DNA from: Methanobacteriota archaeon
GTDB taxonomy: Archaea > Halobacteriota > Bog-38 > Methanoflorentales > Methanoflorentaceae
DNA length: 32,000 bases
Direction of reading: 5' to 3'
Assembly: GCA_963719035.1 (NCBI GenBank)
Contig: CAVRAO010000006.1
Span: 109,231-141,230, forward strand
In this document: in pieces, positions 16,549 to 25,571 of the stretch
Layout of the letters: every line of letters starts with the position of its first letter
Numbering within the stretch: the stretch's first letter is position 1
Translations under genes and position numbers: made by a program
Notes under the pieces: generated by a model
What the model was told of the DNA's origin: nothing
Seen by the model: only the letters and a program-made list of their open reading frames with translations
Database searches by the model: none

Positions 16549-18039
16549 GTGCGAACGTTTTTAACCATTCGCGAGAACAGCGGCTTGGTGAAACCGCTGA
16601 AAATTCTCTTTGTCGAACCGCCAAAGGCTGAATGGTTCGTGATGGGCGAATACTTGCCGCCTCCTTTGGGAATTCTGCAATTAGCTGCTTATGTTGAGGG
16701 AAGTTGTAAAAACATTGAAATCGACTTACTCGATTGTCAAGCGGCAAACGTCGACTGGAGAGGACTAGAGAAGCAAATCGAGATGGTAAGCCCTGACGTT
16801 GTAGTCCCAAGCGCACTGGCCACCTGCAATGCTTACGTCACGGCACGCACTGTCGAAACCGCCAAGACTGTCAACCAAGAGATCTTGACGATTGTCGGCG
16901 GTCAGCACTTTACCGCTACCGCTAACGAGAGCCTTGCAATTTATCCGGAAATAGACCTCGTGATCAGGGGAGAGGGCGAACAAACGCTCGCAGAAGTCCT
17001 TCACGCGCATAGCGAAGGACGATCATTTTCCAATGTGCAAGGGGTCTCGTTTGCACACAACGGCGCTATACATCACTCGCCCGATCGACTATTGTTAACA
17101 AATTTGGATATGTTGCCTTATCCGGGATACCATTTCGTCGAGGACGTCATCGAGAAGTATCACTTCAGGCAGATGACAGACGCCTCAAAACGATATGCAC
17201 TCATAGAAGGTTCGAGAGGGTGTGCTAACGACTGCGCTTTCTGCAGCCAGTGCGCTTTTTGGCGACGGAAGTGGCGGAGTAAATCTCCAAAGAGGATAGC
17301 CGATGAGATGCAGCATATGTATGAACACTACGGGATGAAATTCCAGTGGCTCACCGACGATAACTTTGGATTAGGTGCGCATACCCAAGAACTATGCAAG
17401 GAGCTCATCGAGAGAGGGCTTTCGCACGATATAATGTGGTTCATGCAGGCGCGCTGCGATGACATCAGACGTCACGAAAATGTGCTCCCCACGTTGAGCG
17501 AAGCCGGCCTTCGCTGGATACTCACCGGCGTCGAAAGTGGGAGCGAGTCCACATTGGACGCGTTTAACAAAAAAATCCGGCCCGAAGACGCTCAGCATGC
17601 GATATCACTCTTAAAGCGCAATGATATCTTCTCTCAGGCTATGTTTATCATCGGCGAGCGACACGATTCTGCTGAGTCAATTGCTCGCTTGCAGGCATTT
17701 GCCAACGATATAGACCCGGACCTAGCGATTTTTGGCATACTGACGCCTTTTCCGGGAACGAGGATGTATGATGAAGCACTGAGTAACGGCTGGCTTGAAG
17801 ATCGTAATTGGGCGCACTACGACATGATGCATGCCATAATGCCGACGCAGCACTTGTCACGACTCGAAGTCCAAGAAGAACTTTACAACTGTTATCGTGG
17901 TTTTTACGGCTCTTTCTCAAGGCGATTAAAAGGGATGTTCTCGACAAATGCTTTGACGCGTCATACCTATCGGTATTTAGCCGGGCAAGGTCTCTTGAAA
18001 GCTTTCAAAGACTTATTCCGGAGGGCCCCTGATGCCTGA
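16549..18039 (+). CDS. B12-binding (class B) radical SAM protein
   Basis: The N-terminal cobalamin-binding Rossmann region is KILFVEPP..LGILQLAAY..IVGGQHFT..DLVIRGEGE. The radical SAM cluster motif is GCANDCAFC (C-x3-C-x2-C). The C-terminal region is BchE/P-methylase-like. The true start may be TTG 16585 or GTG 16588 (..KPLKILFVEPP). Confidence 0.9.
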   Translation: MRTFLTIRENSGLVKPLKILFVEPPKAEWFVMGEYLPPPLGILQLAAYVEGSCKNIEIDLLDCQAANVDWRGLEKQIEMVSPDVVVPSALATCNAYVTARTVETAKTVNQEILTIVGGQHFTATANESLAIYPEIDLVIRGEGEQTLAEVLHAHSEGRSFSNVQGVSFAHNGAIHHSPDRLLLTNLDMLPYPGYHFVEDVIEKYHFRQMTDASKRYALIEGSRGCANDCAFCSQCAFWRRKWRSKSPKRIADEMQHMYEHYGMKFQWLTDDNFGLGAHTQELCKELIERGLSHDIMWFMQARCDDIRRHENVLPTLSEAGLRWILTGVESGSESTLDAFNKKIRPEDAQHAISLLKRNDIFSQAMFIIGERHDSAESIARLQAFANDIDPDLAIFGILTPFPGTRMYDEALSNGWLEDRNWAHYDMMHAIMPTQHLSRLEVQEELYNCYRGFYGSFSRRLKGMFSTNALTRHTYRYLAGQGLLKAFKDLFRRAPDA

Positions 18040-18781
18040 GGGCACGTGGAAGACCCGATACCTGCTCTTTCTCGTCTTCGTGTCTTTTTCGACCCTTTGT
18101 TTGATCGCCGCGATTGCCTTTCTTTCGCCGCGCGTTTCTGACGTATTTGCTTGGCGAAGGCAGCTTACCGGATTAATATTCTCGGCGTTGTGCATCTTAG
18201 GGATACTCGCTGTCTTCTTTCCGCAGCACTGTGCTCGAACCCCTCACAAAGAACGCTTGATTAGCGAGCGTTATAATTTTTCCCTTCAAGGAGAGCATGA
18301 TTTGCAAAAATCGTCTTCGATCGGCGGCGTAACGGTATCGCATGGACACCACCCCCTATGCCTCCGATATTATCAGCACGAGTTCGTCTTCGGCAAAAAA
18401 ACGCTATGCTCCGCGTGCATGGGATTGTTCTGTGGTGCCCTCATTTCACTTGCAGGTGCGTGGTACGTCTTTATTCAACAATTCCCTTTCAACCTGCCCT
18501 ACGGAATCGTTTTTACCCTCGGGGCGGTCTTGATCGTGGTCGGCATTGCCCCTTACGTGATCGCTCATACGCTGGGACCAGTACGGCGTTTTTCCTTTAA
18601 CGCGCTTATGATCGTTGGGATGTTGCTCGCGCTCGTTGCAGTTGACGGCAGAGCTCAAAGTGTCGCGTTGAACGCGTTCCTTATCGGCTTGTTTGTTTTT
18701 GTGCTATTTACCAGGATCAGCCTTTCGCAGGACAAACACGAGCAAATCTGCGCAACGTGTGGACAGACGTGTGCGATTTGA
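18032..18781 (+). CDS. Polytopic Cys/His-rich membrane protein (DUF2085-like)
   Basis: ATG 18032 overlaps the radical SAM stop by 8 nt (ATGCCTGA), with GGAGGG 7 nt upstream. It has about 6 TM segments. The motif SHGHHPLCLRYYQHEFVFGKKTLCSACMGLFCG resembles the DUF2085 C..C-x2-C-x-G core. The C-terminus is CATCGQTCAI. Confidence 0.7.
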   Translation: MPEGTWKTRYLLFLVFVSFSTLCLIAAIAFLSPRVSDVFAWRRQLTGLIFSALCILGILAVFFPQHCARTPHKERLISERYNFSLQGEHDLQKSSSIGGVTVSHGHHPLCLRYYQHEFVFGKKTLCSACMGLFCGALISLAGAWYVFIQQFPFNLPYGIVFTLGAVLIVVGIAPYVIAHTLGPVRRFSFNALMIVGMLLALVAVDGRAQSVALNAFLIGLFVFVLFTRISLSQDKHEQICATCGQTCAI

Positions 18782-18797
18782 CAGAAAGATGTTTTTT

Positions 18798-19142
18798 TTA
18801 TTTGCGGCTCCTAAGTTGGTAAATCGCCCCAGCGATAATCAATATCGCAATGAAAATCAACACTATTGGTCCGATCAACTCTCCGTTAACGTTAATTGCG
18901 ATGCCTAACACGTTCTGAAAGATTAATACTACTCCGGCGATTAGAAGAAGCAAACCGAAGAATATTCCGACGATAATACCGCCATGGGGGAGTCCAAAGC
19001 ATTCCTCTTCCGGGCGTTCCTCCCCATAGCACCCATCTCGGCGAGCGCGCCTGCGACGCGTGTCATATAGGGGCTGTTGACAATTGATGCAGATATCGGC
19101 TCCCTCGGCATTTTTAGTCCCGCAATTTTGGCAATATGGCAT
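18798..19142 (-). CDS. Zinc-ribbon domain membrane protein
   Basis: MPYCQNCGTKNAEGADICINCQQPL is a C-x2-C..C-x2-C ribbon. It is followed by two TM helices. Confidence 0.75.
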   Translation of the reverse strand: MPYCQNCGTKNAEGADICINCQQPLYDTRRRRARRDGCYGEERPEEECFGLPHGGIIVGIFFGLLLLIAGVVLIFQNVLGIAINVNGELIGPIVLIFIAILIIAGAIYQLRSRK

Positions 19143-19273
19143 AAAACCACCATAATAGCGTAGTTGGCTATATTCATAACGCTTGTCATTTGCGGCAAAT
19201 TAGATGTGTGATTTACTAATTGTATTTAATCCGAGTCGTGTGTAGTCTGCCAGCTTGGGAATCTCGACACATA

Positions 19274-19309
19274 AGTTTAAATCTGATTATATGAATAGAT
19301 ATTCATATA
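19274..19309 (+). promoter_or_regulatory. cadC promoter region: TATA-like box plus perfect 10-2-10 palindromic operator
   Basis: GTTTAAATC lies at about 19274-19283. TATATGAATA-GA-TATTCATATA (arms 19288-19297 and 19300-19309) is a perfect inverted repeat that ends on the A of ATG 19309. ArsR/SmtB repressors bind TGAA/TTCA-type imperfect 12-2-12 palindromes. Confidence 0.6.
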
Positions 19310-19668
19310 TGAGTCATATCTGTGATGTCTTCTGCATAAACAAAGATGCCGTTAATCACGTGCGATCGCAGATGCTTAATCATCAGCTTTTTGCTAATAC
19401 TGCAGAAATCTTTAAGGTGCTCGGCGATCCGACGAGAATGCGACTTCTTTACGCCCTTGCACAACGCGAGCTGTGCGTGTGCGATCTCTCTGCGGTGCTT
19501 GGCATGACGCAATCCGCGATTTCTCACCAGCTCCGGGTACTAAGAAGCGCACGGTTGGTCACATACCGTAAAGCAGGCAAGGTCGTGTACTACACACTTG
19601 CTGACGCTCACGTTACGCAGTTCATCGATGTTGGAGTTGACCATGCCCGAGAATCACAGCCACGGTGA
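19309..19668 (+). CDS. cadC: ArsR/SmtB-family metalloregulator, CadC-like
   Basis: MSHICDVFCINKDAVNHV carries the N-terminal Cys pair. LCVCDL is the alpha3 Cys pair. The wHTH is LGMTQSAISHQLRVLR. It is closely collinear with CadC as I remember it. The upstream in-frame ATG 19291 and TTG 19255 fall inside or before the operator, so 19309 is preferred. Confidence 0.8.
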   Translation: MSHICDVFCINKDAVNHVRSQMLNHQLFANTAEIFKVLGDPTRMRLLYALAQRELCVCDLSAVLGMTQSAISHQLRVLRSARLVTYRKAGKVVYYTLADAHVTQFIDVGVDHARESQPR

Positions 19669-21580
19669 AGAGAGCTGCTCTACCTGCGCAACGGACATCT
19701 TTGAGGAAAAAAAGCCGTTGTGGAAGCAGAAAGAAGTTGTCATCATTAGTATAGCAGGTGCTCTCTTTCTCATCGGCGTATTTCTCGACGCTGGGCTCTC
19801 TCAACACGTCCTGGCCCAAATCGCATTCCTCGGTGCGACACTCATCGCAGGGTACTCCATCATCAAAAAGGGTCTATTGGGGGTTATCCGAAAGCATCGG
19901 CTTGATATGAATCTGCTGATGACGATCGCTGCCGCAGGGGCATTCTCGATCGGCCACGGCGAAGAGGGTGCAGCAGTGATGCTCTTATTCTTTATCGCAG
20001 AGTTCCTCGAAGACTACGCCGGCGATAGGGCACGACAAGAAGTCAGGTCACTGCTCAGGCTTGCGCCAGAGACGGCAGTCGTCGTGCGCGAAGGGCGTGA
20101 GATCATCGTTCACGCCCACGAGGTCGAGGTCGGAGAGGTGGTCATCGTAAAGCCCGGAGAAAAGGTACCACTCGACGGCGTCATTATTAGCGGCATCTCA
20201 TCACTAAATCAAGCCGCCCTCACAGGAGAGAGCGTTCCAGTGGTCAAGACGATCGACGACACGGCATTAGCTGGTACAATCAGCGAGGACGGATATCTCG
20301 AAGTACGCGTTACGAAGAGGTCTGATGAAACGATACTGTCGCGCATCGTGCAGCTGGTTGATGAGGCTCAGCGGAAGAAGACGCCGACCGAGGCGTTTAT
20401 CGACCGGTTCTCGCACTATTACACCCCCATCGTCATAACACTCGCAGCGCTAGTAGTTATCCTTCCCGTCCTCCTATTTGGCCTACCATTTAGCGAGTGG
20501 TTTTACAGAGGCCTCGTACTTCTCGTCGTCTCTTGTCCGTGCGCTATGGCGATCTCTACGCCGGTTTCTATGGTGTCAGGCCTCACCGCAGCGGCCAGGC
20601 GTGGCATCCTGATAAAAGGCGGTGACGTAATCGAGGAGCTGAAGGACGTTAAAGTAGTCATCTTTGACAAAACGGGGACGCTCACCGAAGGACGACTAGC
20701 CGTGACAGATGTGATCGGTCTCAATGGCGCGACAGAAGGCGAAGTAGTGAGGATAGCAGCGTCTTTGGGGATAAAATCGACCCATCCTGCGTCGCAAGCG
20801 ATCGCGAAGAAGGCAGACAACGACAAGGTCGTGTCAGCGCCGATCACCGATTTCAAATCGATTGCCGGAAAAGGCCTCACCGGGAGATTAAACGGCGCCG
20901 ACTTCTACGTTGGCAGCCGAAGCTTCCTCAGTAGCGTCAACTCGCGCCTGCCTCATGACGTTATTGACCGACTCGAGGCTGAGGGGAAGACGCTCATGCT
21001 GGTCGGCACCGATACCCACATCATAGGTGTCATCGGCCTCAAGGACCGGATTCGGGACTCATCGGCGGGGATGCTGCGAGCCCTGAGCGCACGTGGCATC
21101 AAAACCGTCATGCTGACAGGTGATAATGAGCGCGCAGCGGCTGCGATTGCTAATGAACTTCAGCTGAGCGAGTGTTATGCTGGGCTGCTGCCTGAAGATA
21201 AGGTGCGACACGTTGAGGAGCTGGCAACGGTATACAAACACGTCGCAATGGTCGGAGACGGCGTCAACGACGCTCCTGCGATGGCCCGGGCGAACGTCGG
21301 CATCGCAATGGGAGCTGCCGGCTCGGATGTTGCGATTGAAACTGCTGATATCGCGCTGATGCACGATGATCTCTCGAAAGTGACGTATCTCATCGATCTT
21401 AGTAAGAAAACGATGTCTGTGGTCAGAGAGAACGTGATCGTATCGATCCTCGTCAAAGGGTCTTTTGCAGTGCTCGCCCTTCCGGGAATCATCACTCTCT
21501 GGCTTGCCGTCGGCGTCGGCGATATGGGCCTAAGCCTCGCTGTCATACTCAACGCCCTCCGCATAGGTAGAAAGCAGTAA
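19643..21580 (+). CDS. cadA: P1B-type heavy-metal (Zn/Cd/Pb-type) translocating ATPase
   Basis: Motifs are TGES, CPC (VSCPCAMAISTP), DKTGTLT, STHPAS, GDGVNDAP, and GDMG in the last TM. There is no HMA (GMxCxxC) domain; the N-terminus instead carries HSHGEESCSTC. It overlaps the cadC end by 26 nt. An alternative start is ATG 19628. Confidence 0.9.
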   Translation: MPENHSHGEESCSTCATDIFEEKKPLWKQKEVVIISIAGALFLIGVFLDAGLSQHVLAQIAFLGATLIAGYSIIKKGLLGVIRKHRLDMNLLMTIAAAGAFSIGHGEEGAAVMLLFFIAEFLEDYAGDRARQEVRSLLRLAPETAVVVREGREIIVHAHEVEVGEVVIVKPGEKVPLDGVIISGISSLNQAALTGESVPVVKTIDDTALAGTISEDGYLEVRVTKRSDETILSRIVQLVDEAQRKKTPTEAFIDRFSHYYTPIVITLAALVVILPVLLFGLPFSEWFYRGLVLLVVSCPCAMAISTPVSMVSGLTAAARRGILIKGGDVIEELKDVKVVIFDKTGTLTEGRLAVTDVIGLNGATEGEVVRIAASLGIKSTHPASQAIAKKADNDKVVSAPITDFKSIAGKGLTGRLNGADFYVGSRSFLSSVNSRLPHDVIDRLEAEGKTLMLVGTDTHIIGVIGLKDRIRDSSAGMLRALSARGIKTVMLTGDNERAAAAIANELQLSECYAGLLPEDKVRHVEELATVYKHVAMVGDGVNDAPAMARANVGIAMGAAGSDVAIETADIALMHDDLSKVTYLIDLSKKTMSVVRENVIVSILVKGSFAVLALPGIITLWLAVGVGDMGLSLAVILNALRIGRKQ

Positions 21581-21794
21581 ACATCTAAATCTCCTTACCG
21601 GGGTGTTGTCACTGACTTAGAACCTAGACATGGAGCCGCACTATAAAAAACTCCGACAGGAGCTAACACGTCAGAAGGTCACCGCAAGATTAAAATGACA
21701 GCACTTTAAAATTAATAGTGGATCATAGACAGAGGTTGCAGATCCGCGCTCTGTTTTTACCTTTGCAAGCAAAGCGCAGATCTGCAGCACAGTC

Positions 21795-21827
21795 CCCGAG
21801 CCGAACGCGGCTCGGGTTCTCTTTTTT
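21795..21827 (+). terminator. Perfect 9-bp hairpin followed by a T-rich tract
   Basis: CCCGAGCCG-aacg-CGGCTCGGG (21795-21816) is followed by TTCTCTTTTTT (21817-27). It lies 215 nt beyond the cadA stop and is not adjacent to any annotated ORF end. Confidence 0.45.
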
Positions 21828-22030
21828 GGGTCTAAGAGCGTGTACGGTAATCGCGCGGTTTTACGTTTTAAACGTTTCGATTTATCCTGATTATCGAAGC
21901 CATAGGCATCTTAAAAAGTAAAGCTCTCGACTGACAACACCAGATGCTTTCACGAATCGAGGTTCCATACTGTAAAAAAAGGAGAAAGTCTTATCGATAA
22001 GAATCCCTACTGAACTACAGGTGATATCTC

Positions 22031-22183
22031 GTGTGCTCTGGTGGCGGTCCGGTAGTCACGATGGAGACGAGTTGGTTCGAGAAATATAGCTGCAGCAGTT
22101 GCGGCATGAAATTCAAGGCAATGGGGAAAAAACCGGCTTGTCCGTCTTGTCGATCGGAAGACGTCACGAAGCTTTCTGACTAG
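22031..22183 (+). CDS. Small zinc-ribbon protein (40-50 aa; not in the ORF track)
   Basis: GTG 22031 has AGGTGA 6 nt upstream; ATG 22061 is an alternative start. The protein reads METSWFEKYSCSSCGMKFKAMGKKPACPSCRSEDVTKLSD, ending at TAG 22181-22183. The C-x2-C..C-x2-C layout resembles FmdB-type ribbons. Confidence 0.5.
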   Translation: MCSGGGPVVTMETSWFEKYSCSSCGMKFKAMGKKPACPSCRSEDVTKLSD

Positions 22184-22269
22184 ATATAAAGCACGGCTAA
22201 GAATTCGTGTCTCTGCCTATCTTGCCATCTTCTCCATCTGATGTTTTTGTAGCGTCGCGTGTATAGAGT

Positions 22270-23100
22270 TCATTGCCCCCAGAAGTCTAAAAGCGTGTAC
22301 TTTAGACTGCCCACTCCGCAATCAGCCGCAAAGGCAAGATGTGCGACGTCCTTGACATTCTTGTGAGTAAGTGAACGATCCCGCCACTGCAGCAGGTCAA
22401 AGCCCGCACTGTCAAGCGCGACGGGATCAGTGCCGGCCAGCATGTATCCTAGAAAGGCTTTCTTACCCCCATGCCGCACCTCTTCTGCTATGAGTAGCGT
22501 CTCAACGGCGTCGAGTATGTAAAGGTTGCAAGGCTCCACCGCTGCAATCGCGGCAAGCCCCTTATGTATATTAGGGGTCCCGCGGTGCATCTCGCTTCGC
22601 GCGCTTAGGTCAAGCAGACCGAATTGATTCTTAACCGCTCCAGTCACCGTGCACGTGATGTGGCGCTTAAGAACCGGAAGGGAGAGTATCACATCAAACG
22701 AGCCCGGAACAACAGACAACGGGAGGGTCAACCCGTAAGGCGTCTCGCGCTTGACGTGCTCGCGCTGGTTAAGGTTAATCCACTCAACTCCATGGTCATC
22801 GCATACAGTGCGGAGCGGATGCTCGTGCGACACCGCTCCCGCTTTCCCACCCCATCTATAATCGTATGCCGGCCCGTCACCTACCACCACGCTATGGCTG
22901 GACAGGTGCGTAAGGACGGTATCGAGCACCTGTGGATCGGTCGTAGTCGGATACGGCTCGTCTGAGACGATATTAGGCTTTACGAAAACTGTCTCAGCCT
23001 CCTCGAACATATCGGTATACTGTGTGAGCACACGGTCGACAAACCCACGCTTCGTCGCGGCTCTCTCAAAGGCGACTAAGACGTCCGACATAATGTACAA
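22270..23100 (-). CDS. DUF362 domain protein
   Basis: VFVKPNIVSDEPYPTTTDPQVLDTVLTHL..VVVGDGPA matches the DUF362 N-terminal signature (KPN..TTdP). 276 aa. Confidence 0.7.
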   Translation of the reverse strand: MYIMSDVLVAFERAATKRGFVDRVLTQYTDMFEEAETVFVKPNIVSDEPYPTTTDPQVLDTVLTHLSSHSVVVGDGPAYDYRWGGKAGAVSHEHPLRTVCDDHGVEWINLNQREHVKRETPYGLTLPLSVVPGSFDVILSLPVLKRHITCTVTGAVKNQFGLLDLSARSEMHRGTPNIHKGLAAIAAVEPCNLYILDAVETLLIAEEVRHGGKKAFLGYMLAGTDPVALDSAGFDLLQWRDRSLTHKNVKDVAHLAFAADCGVGSLKYTLLDFWGQ

Positions 23101-23386
23101 CCTATTAAGAGATGCGTCCTAAATACTTTGAGGTGCATTGCTCGTATCGAGTTTCAGACTCAAAGCTGGTGTCGCTGGCACAATCCCCTTTTCGGCTTAG
23201 AATTATATCTAAACCCTCGAGGAAACCTTTTTTCCGCTCTCGGTTTGGGGGGCTCAATGCGCCAAAAAGCAGTTCATGGAAATGCTATGTCAGCAAAAGA
23301 GAGCGGATCCGTCGTACACACGCTTTCTTGCGCACATTTGCGCGCTTATAGGTAATTTTTTTACGACGCACGAGAACAGAGAAAAC

Positions 23387-24037
23387 ATGCCGCTAGATCT
23401 AAGGGAGTCTGATCGCAACACACGTTTCTGGCGCCTCGATACTTTCAGTGATGCTATCTTTGCCGTCGCTATGACGCTCCTCGTTTTCAGCTTTCCTATT
23501 TCTGGTTTGCCCTCAAACCTCGGACAAGCTGAGGTTCAGGCACTTCTCGAAAGTTTATCGCCGCAGTTTGAAACGTTTGTCATTAGCTTCCTTGTGGTCG
23601 GCGCTTTTTGGGCCGGACATCACCGTATCTTTGACGCAATCGAACGCTATGATCACACGCTCGTGTGGCTTAACTTCTTCTTCTTGTTATTTATCGTCTT
23701 TATCCCGTTCCCCACTGCAGTGTTGGTCAGCGCCGGAAGCTTCTGGCTTCCCACCGCATTTTACGCCTCGACCCTTGCTGGCGCCGGATTTGCTCTGACA
23801 TTCGTGTGGCTGTACGCATCACACAACCATCGATTGATCAATATAAGCGTGCCTGTGCGCGAGATCCGACTGCGCACGCTGACGTCAGTCGTGGTGCCGA
23901 GCGTCTTTCTGCTCTCGATACTCGTAGCGTTTTACAACCCGCATCTTGCCCAGTACTTCTGGCTTTTGAGCTTTGTAGCACAATGGTCGATAGCTAAACA
24001 ATGGAGGAGGGACGAACGTCCTTTAGCCAAAATTTAG
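23387..24037 (+). CDS. TMEM175/DUF1211-family potassium channel homologue
   Basis: RLDTFSDAIFAVAMTLLV is the R-x3-FSD signature of TM1. There are six TM segments. ATG 23387 is preferred, with a T/A-rich box (CTTATAGGTAATTTTTTTA) 25-40 nt upstream. The ORF track start at 23276 adds a non-hydrophobic extension. Confidence 0.8.
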   Translation: MPLDLRESDRNTRFWRLDTFSDAIFAVAMTLLVFSFPISGLPSNLGQAEVQALLESLSPQFETFVISFLVVGAFWAGHHRIFDAIERYDHTLVWLNFFFLLFIVFIPFPTAVLVSAGSFWLPTAFYASTLAGAGFALTFVWLYASHNHRLINISVPVREIRLRTLTSVVVPSVFLLSILVAFYNPHLAQYFWLLSFVAQWSIAKQWRRDERPLAKI

Positions 24038-24610
24038 AAGTTCAACTGCACAGTGCTAGCCTTATCGGAAGTGGTGGAGCTGATAGGCTCGCTTTTGGAT
24101 AGAGCTAACTGCAAAAACGTTGGCGACGCCGTCGATTCAAGCTCATGACATTCAGCGCGACGCGAAGCGTCGCGCTAATAATGGTGTAGTGAACCCAACT
24201 CCGCGGCCATATAGAGTGTTTGAAGGGAACATCGGGTTTGTCGACGCATTAGCTACACCCCTGTGCCCTCTTGAATGCAGGCCTTTTATGAATCTTTCGA
24301 GTACATCGACTATTAGTAAATGCCGAGATGCGAAGGCGCTTAAGAGGGGTTTGACGAATATCTCTGATAATAGAACAATTCATCACGAACTGCGATCTAG
24401 CTTTGCGGTCGAGTCAGAAGCGCTTACCTAAAGCAAACTAGTGGAAATTCGCTGAAATATCCAAGCATTGCGCGGCTGAGACGGCTTTCGTTGGCACAAC
24501 ACCTTTGTAGCAATGAAGAGGGACTTCAGTCGGAAATTAGATGAAGAACCATCGTAACATTTATCACAAGCACGTTTTCGGAGTCTCCAAGAGCAGATGG
24601 CATCACACAA

Positions 24611-25468
24611 ATGATTTCCATAATTTGCGTTTATAACAACGAGTGGATTTTGCGGAACTACTTACTAAAGAGTCTTTCACAGCAAAAAACTGATTTTGAG
24701 CTCATCACCATCGATAATACTGAGTATCGATTTGGGTCAGCAGCTGCAGCGCTTAATTGGGGGGGCAAGCAAGCAGCCGGGGACTGGTTGATGTTCGTGC
24801 ATCAAGATGTCGATCTTTGTTCAGGTTCGTGGTTGGACAACTTAGAAGCGCTGCTGGGTTCCTTACCCAATCTCGGCATTGCCGGAGTAGCGGGAATGCG
24901 TGAGAGGGGTGCTACTCTTAAAGAACGCTACAGAAATATCCCAAATCAAAGGCCGTTAGGGAGGGCCAGAAATGCGATTACTCACGGGCCGCAAAGACAG
25001 CAGTGGGGGGCCCCAATACTACAACCCGAACCAGTGCAAACCCTCGACGAGTGTCTCGTAATAATTCCAAAATCTGTATTCAAGGTCCTGCAATTTGATG
25101 AAGCTACCTGCAGCGACTGGCACCTCTACGCGGTAGACTACTGTTTGAGTGTTAAGACGCGCGGGTTTGGCGTCTATGTAATACCCAAGTACCTCCATCA
25201 CCAGTCAATGGGCGTTGAAAAGAGCTCATTACAGGTCCTCACCTCCTTCAGCACGTACTCCGAAGAATATTACCGCACTTTAAAAAGAATTATGAAGAAA
25301 CACAAGAATCAGTTTAAGTGGATTCATACATCGTGCGGCTCATGGAACGTCGCTTATCCATTCACTTTACAAAGAGTTAACATCGCGTTAGATTACGTCA
25401 TAATAGCGCCTGTATTCAGGCACCTCTTGTCGCCTTTATTTAGAAAACTAACGTCGGTGGGAAGATAA
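24611..25468 (+). CDS. Glycosyltransferase (GT-A fold, GT2-like)
   Basis: ISIICVYNNE..FELITIDN..AAALNWGGKQAAGDWLMFVHQDVDL follows the GT2-like N-terminal pattern with a D-x-D-like QDVD. Confidence 0.7.
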   Translation: MISIICVYNNEWILRNYLLKSLSQQKTDFELITIDNTEYRFGSAAAALNWGGKQAAGDWLMFVHQDVDLCSGSWLDNLEALLGSLPNLGIAGVAGMRERGATLKERYRNIPNQRPLGRARNAITHGPQRQQWGAPILQPEPVQTLDECLVIIPKSVFKVLQFDEATCSDWHLYAVDYCLSVKTRGFGVYVIPKYLHHQSMGVEKSSLQVLTSFSTYSEEYYRTLKRIMKKHKNQFKWIHTSCGSWNVAYPFTLQRVNIALDYVIIAPVFRHLLSPLFRKLTSVGR

Positions 25469-25571
25469 CAGCGAATGGCGCTTTCTTCTGCAAGTCTGAG
25501 CAATGATTCACATAGACGTGCGGCGTAAACTGTATCCACGATTGTCAATCAACTTTCTGATCGCTCGTGGT

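Noticed and set aside
21718-21921. 67-aa ORF in the post-cadA gap
   Set aside because: The translation (..RQRLQIRALFLPLQAKRRSAAQSPSRTRLGFSF..) is basic and low in complexity, and it spans two strong hairpins and a T-run. It is more likely non-coding.
24120-24431. 103-aa TTG-initiated ORF in the long gap upstream of the glycosylation cluster
   Set aside because: No RBS or promoter signal and no recognisable motif. It runs through the perfect hairpin at 24154-24176. I kept the region as non-coding.
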